Source of the DNA: the human T2T-CHM13v2.0 reference genome, Homo sapiens
NCBI RefSeq assembly: GCF_009914755.1
Contig: NC_060927.1
Length of the DNA stretch: 64,000 bases
Reading direction: 5' to 3' (one strand)
Shown here: positions 54,601 to 64,000 of the stretch, in pieces
Numbering within the stretch: position 1 is the stretch's first letter
Layout of the letters: each line of letters opens with the position of its first letter
Notes under the pieces: generated by a model
What the model was told of the DNA's origin: nothing
Databases searched by the model: none
The model's input: the letters and a program-made list of their open reading frames with translations, nothing else
Made by a program: the position numbers and the translations under genes

Positions 54601-55592
54601 GCTTGATCTTGGAATTGCTTTGGGAACTAATTCCTCAATTCAAACTATTTCCATTTTATCTGCCTGTTTCTCAGAGGAGTGACATGCAGAACATCGTCTG
54701 GCTTTTTGAGCTTCCTTATTTGGATTTTGGGCAAACAGGCATTTCGTTTTTGGCTCTCTCAGATTAAACAAGTTGGTATATTATTTCAGTTTGAATGAAA
54801 ACAGAGCAATGTCTCTGACATTTGCATTTCGAAAAATGGAAACTGTAGAGACGATCTTAGTGCATCTTGGGTGACCCATGGCAGGGAAAGAAATGGTTGA
54901 GAAATCCTAGCAAACCTGCCTCTTTGCTCTGGAAAGGGACCTGAGGTTGTAGAGGGAAATGTGGGAAGCAGAGCAGCTGAACAGGACCCCAAAGCACCAG
55001 GTCCCATGACAATAACCATGAGGACTGAGGCTCTTGCCTGCACCTTAAGGGGCCCGTTGTCTGGTAGGAACACTGCATAGGATGTGAGTCCTTGATCTCT
55101 ATTATTATTTGCACTCTATGGAGTCTGGAAGTTGAAAACAAGTGTAAGCTGGGAGCAGGAGGAACAACACTTCTCCCTCAAAAAGGCAAACAAAACAAAA
55201 GAACAGTGATTACCAAACTATTAACAGTGGCTGCTACTGGCAGATGAACTTATGGTGGGGAGTAAAGGGAGGTGTTCTTCTTTCTGTATTGTTCCTTTTG
55301 GAATTGTTTGTAATTCTTTAGAAAAATCAAAATATTTTATAAATGAAACACAGGAACAAAGTATAATATTGGTCTCTTTGCAAATGTGAAGACATTTACC
55401 TCCAGACTCCCCCACCCCCCCTTCAGTTTCCCATACCCCATCCCAGACAGGTATCAAATGCCTTCCTCCCACTGGCAGCTTCCCTCTGGTTGGCTATCTT
55501 CCTCCCTTTTCCTCCCCTCTTTGCAGTCCTCTGCAAGAAACCCCTGGCTTGCCAGGCCTGGGAGATAAAGCTCTTATCCTCCCCAGACTTGC

Positions 55593-56007
55593 TGATATGG
55601 TTTGGATGTTTGTCCCCTCCAAATCTCATGTTGAAATGTGATACCCAATGTTGGGGATGGGACCTGATAGGAGGTGCTTGGGTCATGGGGGTGGATTCCT
55701 CATGAATGACTTGGTGCCCTCCTCGAGATAATGAGTTCTCATTCTGAGTTCATGTGACATCTGGTTGTTTGAAAAGAGTATGGCTCCTCTTCCCTCTCTC
55801 TTGTGTTCCCAAGCTCACCATGTGGCACACCTGCTCCCCCTTTACCATCCACCATGAGTAAAAGTTTCCCAGGCATCACCAGAAGCTGAGCAGATGCTGG
55901 TGCCATGCTTTTACAGCTTACAGAACCGTGAGCCAAATAAACTTCTTTTATTTATAAATTACCCAGCCTTGGGTATTCCTTTACAGCAACACAAAAGGAC
56001 TTGAACA
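55593..56007 (+). mobile_element. MSTB solo LTR (MaLR)
   Basis: tgatatggtttggatgtttgtcccctccaaatctcatgttgaaatg...aataaa...aca; 5-bp TSD cttgc/attgc. Confidence 0.9.
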
Positions 56008-56224
56008 ATTGCCAACACCATATTCCATTCCTTCAGCTGGTAGCCTGCCTCAGCTGGCTTATATTTGATCAATTAACTCATAATGAAGTATTAATGCCCA
56101 GACTAATGCCTAAATTTCCCACACCAAGAAACATTTTCTAAGAGTTACATACATGTTCCACCATTTTATCTAATAATCCCATTTCTTGAAATAAATATAT
56201 TCCAAAGAAATCATCAAAAGATTG

Positions 56225-56594
56225 TGTAGTGGATTCTGTTGATGCCCCACTAGCCCCTCTCTGCTGAGAGTGTTAGCTGCAAACAGTGCTCAGCTGATCC
56301 CTTCTCTGGAGGAAGTTACATGCACTTCCCAACTACCCACAATGGGCAGCCCATAGCTGATGACTGACTAAAGTTCTTCTGCCTCAAGGTAGGATCAACT
56401 TCGGTGCAATTCAAGTCCAGAGCTCCACATGTGGACAGGCCAAAGCCACCTCCAGCTGAGACCCCATCCTTCTGTAGCTCCTTCCCTGCCCCAGCCTGCT
56501 TCCCGTTCCCGTCCTCCTCTGCCCCTGCCTCAATAAATCACATGCACCTGAATCCTTCTCAGGCTCTACGTGTGGACAACCTTATCTAAGACAC
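56225..56594 (+). mobile_element. LTR16C-like ERVL LTR
   Basis: cctcaataaatcacatgcacctgaatccttctcaggctct...ctaagaca. Confidence 0.75.
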
Positions 56595-58779
56595 AGGGAA
56601 ACATTAGACTCGTGAAAAAGGTTTATTACAGAGTAATAGAAATAGAGAAAAACTAAGCAGACATTGATAAGAGAGATTGCCTTGAAAGGGTGGAACTGGG
56701 GTAGGAGACTGTTGCTTTTCACCATAAGCTTCCTCTCCCCTCTGACTTTAATTCCTCACCAGGTGTTTGTATTACTATGATTAAAATATTTGAAATTTAA
56801 AAATAAAAAACACCCACGTCTCTTCCAAATGAAGTGATGCTCCTGCATTTAACGGCTTTAATTTTGGAAAGTAAATCCAGAAAATTCAATAAGTTCCATT
56901 GGGCCTACAACAAAATCTATATTCTGGGAGAATTTTATCTCTATATATGTATATTATTTTCTGCTGGAACTGAAAGTAACCAAATCCCAAATCACGATAG
57001 AGTGAAAAAAAAAATGGAGTCCCAACTATTTGTTACTAAACCACAGGACATTTCAATTATCTTAAACTACCCAGTGTTGATACCCAGGGTTGAATCTAAA
57101 ACCCTAATGTGGTTTTAGATTAAATGAAGAGGAAGGAGAATTTGAGGAACAGGATAGACAGCTAAGCAGAAACTCTGAAAGGCATTGGCCCTAGCAGAAC
57201 TGACCCAAAAGGACAGCAGCTCCTGCCTTTGTGTGGGGTAAGGCTCTTTGGGGAGGAGGGCCGGTCCTCACTGTGGTGGAGAGGGGACATGGAGGTAGGG
57301 AGCTGAGCTTGGCCAGGTGACTGAGTTGGCCTCATTGAGGTGTGAGGCAGAAGTGCCAGCTGCAAGAAGCCTGGGGGAAGGATATGGCCCACAGGCATCC
57401 ATGCAACAGCTGCTGGTGCCCCCTCTGTGCCAGGCACTGTGAGGGGGCTGGGGACACTGGAGAGCAATGAGGAGAAGTAGAGAGTAACAGTCAAGGACAT
57501 TTGATTGCAGGCAGCAGAAACAGATTTTGTTTAACAGCAGCAAAACTGAGCTTATTGAAAGGATAATGAGCCACAAAAGTACAAGAAAGTTGTAGAACCA
57601 ACTTGGAAACAGGCATGAAAGAAGGCAGTTCAAGGTGGAGGGGCTAAGAAGAAGGAACCACAGGAATGGTCTGAGGGCAGTTGTAGTCAGTGTTAACAGC
57701 ATGAAAGGCCGGCAGCCATTTCTTCCATCTGGTATGTTCCAGAAGAAAGCATCGCAGTGGCTAAGCATAGGCTACACATCTGTCCTTGGCTGTGTGGGGA
57801 TGATCAAAGGAGGAGTCAGCCTCCCACATTTGTGACTGGTGGGGCTCTATTGGAGTTACTGTCCTAAAAAGACCACATACCATGGTGGATTCCCCACAAG
57901 GAAATTGAGGTGCTGAGAATGTGAATGAAAAGACTTTCTGGGGGAGCTGAGATCTAAGGTGTGATGTGAAGGATCAGTGTGAGCTGACCCAGCAGAGGGG
58001 AGCAGGCAGCCGAGGAATGATTTGGGCAGAGCACACTGCCAGTGGCTGGATGCTGGAGAGCCTGGAGCAGTTTTGGAGATGGTAAAGACTGTATTTCCCC
58101 ATTTTACATGGTTCCTTATTCTTATAGGAGTGATTCAGTTGATGGTGCAACCTCAGGTAATGATGCAACTTCAGCTAATGAGGCCTGGGATTGGGGGACA
58201 TCAGCATCTCCTTGGGCTGGATGCATAGCATGAGTTGGGTATGGCAGGAGAAGGGCCTGAAGAGGTCAGCAAGGCCACTCATGAAGGGTGCTCAGCGTTA
58301 AGCAGCTCCAGGAGGAGAGAAATGGAAAGAATCCTTCCTGCAGTGGGTAGAAGATTGCAGAGCTAGAGGCAGGCTGAGAGTGAGAGGCTGTTGCTGTAAT
58401 CTGTTATAGCAGAGACAAGAGCTGAAGGTGCAGGACACCAAGGGCAGTGAGCAGCAAGCAATGGCAGGCTTTGTCATAGCATAAAAGGGGTCCCCAAGGA
58501 CAGTCTCTGCATGTACACAAAGTTGCAAAGCCTCTGGGTTTCCTGTTGACATTCTAGCCACAATTAGGACACCCAGGGTTAGGTCAGGTCACAGGTTCAG
58601 AATGGATCTTAAAGGTGGAAGGACTGGGTTTCAGACTCATGTCTGCCACTTTCCTGCTGGGTGGCCCTGGAGACAACACTTCATCTCTCTGGGTCATGGA
58701 GAATAGTTTCCCCATGTGGTTTGACTCCTCAGTATCTGCTCCCTCTTCATCTAGTAAGACCTTTGATTTTTGTTTGGGG

Positions 58780-59150
58780 ATCTGCCCTGTCTTCATTCTC
58801 CAGGAGTGGAGCTTATCCCATGGGCAACAATGATTGGTTCTGGGATGGCCACACACCCTAAGCCAGTCCAATAAGAATGAATCTTGGGAATTTCTGTGGA
58901 CGCCCTGAGATTTTTACTCTTTCCTACTGAGCTCAACCCTGAAGTTAGTCATTCTGCAGCCATCTAGCCTTCAACATGGAGAGAGCCACAACATGGAGTT
59001 CAAGAATGGCAGAGCTGAGAGACCAAGAGAAAATGAGTCCTGGTGGTACTCTCAGCCCTGGAGCAATCTAGACCTGAAGCCAGAAAAATACTCCTGACTT
59101 TTCCAGTGCTTGTGACTTCCTGTACAAGTTGCTGAGATTATCCAATAAAA
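58780..59150 (+). mobile_element. MaLR LTR (MLT1K/L-like)
   Basis: tgattggttctgggatggccacac...agcaatctagacctgaagccag. Confidence 0.6.
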
Positions 59151-59604
59151 CAATAGAAATAAACAAGCTCTACAGTGCCAAGCTCTCAAATCATTACCTT
59201 GACACCAAGGCCAGTTTGGCTGGTGATGTTTTTCAGATGAAGTAGGTCTTCTGAAGCAACTGCCCCTGTGGGCAGTGTGTTCATTTGTTAAGGACATACT
59301 CAGACATATGCATGTTGGCCTGCTGCAGTTGGCAGTGAGGACACAGGGGCAGGCCCTGCTCACTGAAGTGGGAGCTGCGTGGGAGGGTGCACAGGCAGGT
59401 GGTGCCTAGCTCAGCTCTGGGAAAACTGGCAAGTGTGATTTGCCATCTCTGTACCAGCACACCGTGCACTACAACCACTTCTCAAAGAAGTGTTCCTCCA
59501 AAGGAAGTGCAATGAAACTTGTGATGCAGCCAGGAAGGACATGGGAGGCCCCAGGAAAGGAGTCTGATCGCAGCAGAATCCAGTGATGGAGACAGCAAGA
59601 CCTC

Positions 59605-60566
59605 TGAAGGGGTGGGTTGCCCCTCCACACCTGTGGGTGTTTCTCGCCAGGTGCAACGAGAGACTTGGAAAAGAAAGAGACACAGGGACAAAGTATAGAG
59701 AAAGAAAAGGGGGACCCAGGGGACCGGTGTTCAGCATACGGAGGATCCCGCCGACCTCTGAGTTCCCTTAGTATTTATTGATCATTATTGGGTGTTTCTC
59801 GGAGAGGGGGATGTGGCAGGATCATAGGATAATAGTGGAGAGAAGGTCAGCAGGTAAACACGTGAACAAAGATCTCTGCATCATAAACAAGGTAAAGAAT
59901 TAAGTGCTGTGCTTTGGATATGTATACACATAAACATCTCAATGTCTTAAAGAGCGGTATTGCTGCCCGCATGTCCCACCTCCACCCCTAAGGTGGTTTT
60001 CCCCTATCTCAGTAGATGGAATATACAATCGGGTTTTACACCGAGACATTCCATTGCCCAGGGACGAGCAGGAGACAGATGCCTTCCTCTTGTCTCAACT
60101 GCAACGAGGCGTTCCTTCCTCTTTTACTAATCCTCCTCAGCACAGACCCTTTACGGGTGTCGGGCTTGGTCAGGTCTTTCCCTTCCCACGAGGCCATATC
60201 TCAGGCTATCATATGGGGAGAAACCTTGGACAATACCTGGCTTTCCTATGCAGTGGTCCCTGCGGCCTTCCGCAGTGTTTTGTGTCCCTGGGTACTTGAG
60301 ATTAGGGAGTGGTGATGACTCTTAACAAGCATGCTGCCTTCAAGCATTTGTTTAACAAAGTACACCTTGCACAGCCCTTAATCCATTTAACCCTGAATTG
60401 ACACAGCACATGTTTCAGGGAGCACAGGATTGGGGGTAGGGTTATAGATTAACAGCATCTCAAGGCAGAAGACTTCTTCTTAGTACAGAACAAAATGGAG
60501 TCTCCTATGTCTACTTCTTTCTACACAGACACAGTAACAATCTGATCTCTCTTTCTTTTACCCACA
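59605..60566 (-). mobile_element. HERV-K(HML-2) solo LTR, LTR5A/LTR5B type (not LTR5_Hs)
   Basis: Complete 962-bp LTR (tgaaggggtgggttgcccctccacacc ... ctgatctctctttcttttacccaca); perfect 5-bp TSD acctc; AATAAA (minus) at 59774-59779. Confidence 0.95.
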
Positions 60567-60779
60567 ACCTCCCCGTTTGGGGTCATAATAAAAGGTGTGG
60601 AACTTGGTGTGTGTTTAGGGTAATTCTACCAGCCCCTTCCCAAAGAAGCTCATGTTCTCCTCACAGGATCTCCATCATAATAGTGATCACAGCACTGACA
60701 ATAGATGCTTCCCTTGCTGAAGTGGCGATAGAGGGTGTCACAGGGCTTTGGCCTGCACTATGCATTTCTCAGTGGCACA

Positions 60780-60980
60780 TAGTGTGCAGGTGTTGGAGCC
60801 AGGGGGCTGGGTTTGAATACTGGCAGCTGCGTAAGCATGGAGAAGTGGCTTGACCTCCATGCTTTAGTGTCCTCTCTATAAAGTACAGTTAATAATAGAG
60901 TTGGCTTTATGAGTTGTTGTGAGAATTAAATGAATATATCTAGGGAGTTAGGACAGGGCCTGGCCTGTAGTAAGGGCTCT
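60780..60980 (+). mobile_element. MIR
   Basis: gttgttgtgagaattaaatga...acagggcctggcctgtagtaagg. Confidence 0.7.
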
Positions 60981-61923
60981 GAGTCTGTGGAGTAAGTATT
61001 ATAAAGAAACCTGTCTTTAGCTGACTGGCAAGTCTAGACCTTGAATCAGGGCTTCTGACTCCGGGATCCACTTCTGACTCAGCCGGGAACAGAAGGGTGA
61101 TGTTCAAAAGCCCCAGGGTGGTTCATGTGGGCACATCCACACCCTCAGAACATAGAAGCCTCCAGCAGAATCCCTGTCAGGTGCTCCCTCTGAGTCAGTG
61201 GCACACTGGGCACATTGTCATTAATTATACTCAGAGCAAGGATGTGTCAATGTTCCCATACTCCACTTCTGCAGCTGCAAACAGCTGGGGAAACTGAACA
61301 GAAACCCATGGCATTTTTATCAATGTTCATATGCTATTCCTGCCTTCTTAGCCTCCCAACTGCTGACTACTTTGGTATTTAAGGACAATAGGCAACTAGG
61401 GATTCAGTTGAACATCTGACCTGACGTTCATGGTGGCAAAACTTGAATCTTCTCCCCTTACCTGGTGTGAGTGAGGTGGTTCTTGGACATGTGACTCCTA
61501 GGAGCTGGAGATCCTGGGTCTGGTGAACACACAATGTTTACATAACAAGCTCCAGGACCTACCGGAGATGAAATGAGATTCTTCCTACTAGGTGGGATGC
61601 CCAGATTCGCTAGTTTATGATTTTGAGGGGACTCCTATCTCCCAAATTGGGCTGGGAGGACATCGGGACTGAGGTGAAACATTGGTCACCCGGAATATTC
61701 TCCACTCAGCTTTCCACAAAACAAAGGGGGACAATTCCTCTGTTGTGACCACAGACTCTTTGCTTGGCAGTTTCAATCATCTTCTAACTGATCGCTAGCC
61801 TTCTGTTATGCCCCTTCTGATCCATCCTCAAGTGGCCACAAGGAGAACTCTGTGAAATACAAATATGGATATGTCATTTCCTTGCATAAAATTCTCTCAC
61901 AGTCCCCCTCCTGTGGTCTAGAC

Positions 61924-62166
61924 CAGCACTGTTCCATAGGACTTCCTATGATGGTAGAAATGTCCTATATCTGCTCTGCCCAATAGCCATATTGGACAGC
62001 TGGGTGGCTGTATGGCTACTGGACAGAGCAGATATAGAACCCTTACTCACAAGTGGCTACTGAGCACTTGAAATGTGGGTGCTTGTCTGAAGAATGGGAT
62101 TTTTAATTGTATTTCATTTTAGCCAATTTAAATTGTCACATATGGCTACCATATTGAACTGCACAG
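61924..62166 (+). mobile_element. MER3 (hAT-Charlie) with an internal inverted duplication
   Basis: gtggctactgagcacttgaaatgtgg; 8-bp NTCTAGAN-type TSD gtctagac/gtctagag. Confidence 0.85.
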
Positions 62167-63584
62167 GTCTAGAGAATAAAATCCGAAGTCTCAGGCACAA
62201 CCCAGTTCTCCCTATCTGAGCAGCCTAAATTTTTTGCCAGAATTCATTCAAGTTGGGAATTCCAGCCCTAACAAATGGCTTACAACTCCTTAAACATTGT
62301 GCCTACTTCACACCTCCATGCATTTGCATCTGCTGTTCTCTCTGCCTGGAATGTTCTCATACCTTGCCTAAACTCACAAGCTGCCTGTTTCAACAACCCA
62401 CTTTCATTAAGTAATAAGTAACTCCAGTGTTACCTCTACTATCAAGGTTTACCAACCACCCCTGCCCATCTCCCCAAATCAGAATTAATCGCACCTTTGC
62501 GCATCCAGCACAGACATGCTTAGAGGCCCTTCCAGCACTTATAGCACCGATGTGTCTCCCATCTGCTCCCTCCAAGGGTAAAGGCAGGCTCCTGAAGAGA
62601 CAGTCCTGTGTCTATTCCCCTTTGGGTTTCCACTGCCTAGGATTGATTTTAATCATATAAAGCAGTCATTGGATGATGGCTGAAGAAATAAAATTATCAT
62701 AGCAGACATATGTCACAGTATGGGTTGTCTTGCATCCAACTTCCTGCCTTATTCTACCTCTGGGACACCCTGGGACATCTCTTTATGTGTGGCCTTGAGA
62801 TTTAGGGGAAGTCAAAAAGAAGATCCTCCTCTCACTGCCCTAGTCAATTCTTCCAGGGACTGATGGAACCATGAGAGATGCAGTAATGCCAGAGCAAATA
62901 TAGCATTTCTGGGCCTTAGCATTTCTGTTGCCCAATTTGCCAGCAGCTCTAAGATTGGGTCTCCAGTCTCTTGTCAAGCATGCCCTGATGGGCTTCCAAA
63001 GATTTCCTGAGATAGTCAGCTACCTCCTGGTAGTTGGCTACCAAGTGACCTTCATCAGCAGTTATGCAGATAAAGATTCCAGGTCAACGGGGTCCTGCAA
63101 GAGGGGAGGGTATGTCATCCTGTAAGGAGATTTGATGGATGATGGGGTGAACTACTACAATGCACACAGCTGCAGTCGAAGCTAGAGCAAAAGACCCCCA
63201 GCATGCTGGGGAGGACACACCTGAAACTGGAGGGAGGTGAAACTGACGATGCCAGGGGCCTGGCCCATGCCAGCAGGGCAGAGCACCATCCACTCCAGCC
63301 AGGGTGGCTGGGTTAGCTGGGTGACTACATGCTGGGCCATAGTTTGGGCTGAGGGAAAGAAGGTAGGTTACCTTGGAGGTTCCAAATAATGCTGAAAGAT
63401 TGTTTTGATAGGAATTGGGAGACCGGGGGTCATGGTGGGGATCTGGGGTCCTATTGGCAAGTATTTTTGGTTGGATTTCTAGTGTCTTAAATAAACATAC
63501 CTTCAAATACATTGTAAACTGAGAGCTTCGTTCATCTGTTCAACAAAGTTTGTGAAAAGCCTCTTTGTACGAGGGACCATGCAT

Positions 63585-63955
63585 GCCAGCACTCTTTCCC
63601 ACCTCCAGCCTTTGCCCAAATTGTGTCGTCTTCCTGGGTTGCTCTTTTTGCCTTGTCTTAGCAGCTCCTACCCATTAGTCACACTCAGCTTAAATGTCAT
63701 TTCCCCACAGAAACCTTCCTTGACACCCAGATTAGATCAGCTGGACCAGATTAAGTCTCCTGGTAGCTCACTTTATAGCACTTACCATAGCTGTAGTTGT
63801 ATAGTTATTCGTGGGGTCATTTGAAGAAAGCCTCTCCTCCTTGCTAGATGGCAGGCTCCACAAAGGCAGGGATGGTGCCTGTCCTGTTAACAGATACATC
63901 CTCAGCACCTCATAGCACAGTGCCTAACACTCAAACATTTGTTGAGTGATGAACA
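63585..63955 (+). mobile_element. L2 3' end
   Basis: ctcagcttaaatgtcatttccccacagaaaccttccttgac...agcacagtgcctaacactcaaacatttgttgagtga. Confidence 0.75.
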
Positions 63956-64000
63956 AAGGAGAAATGGTACAGAGGAAAGGAAGGAGGGAAGGGAGGGAGG

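Noticed and set aside
57268-57768. 166-aa hydrophobic ORF
   Set aside because: Overlaps a decayed MaLR-like LTR; leucine-rich composition follows from the purine-rich opposite strand

Overview
Primate (very probably human) non-coding nuclear DNA, rich in interspersed repeats. I find no CpG island and no supportable protein-coding exon: the six-frame ORFs are Alu, L1 or LTR artefacts or chance ORFs. Content: eight full-length Alus (one young, AluYe5-like) plus two FLAM monomers, many L1/L2/MIR fragments, MaLR/ERVL/ERV1 solo LTRs, hAT DNA-transposon relics (MER45B, MER53, MER5A, MER20, MER63A, MER3) and a complete 962-bp HERV-K(HML-2) LTR5A/B-type solo LTR at 59605-60566. The standout feature is a 413-bp nuclear copy of mitochondrial DNA (NUMT, 30638-31050: CYTB 3' end, tRNA-Thr, tRNA-Pro, start of control region). 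It is inserted cleanly into ORF2 of a 5'-truncated L1PA, which itself sits in an L1PB, and both L1 target-site duplications (TSDs) are still readable. The NUMT differs from human mtDNA mostly by synonymous and compensatory changes, so it looks like a fossil of an ancestral primate mitochondrial lineage. Other items worth checking: a five-element nested insertion stack, an inverted L1 pair sharing non-consensus variants, a CpG-enriched CTCF/bZIP candidate element, a triple octamer cluster at an LTR 5' end, and two transposon-derived hairpins. I see no evidence for a new multi-gene system. All subfamily names and reference comparisons are from memory and need RepeatMasker/BLAST confirmation.
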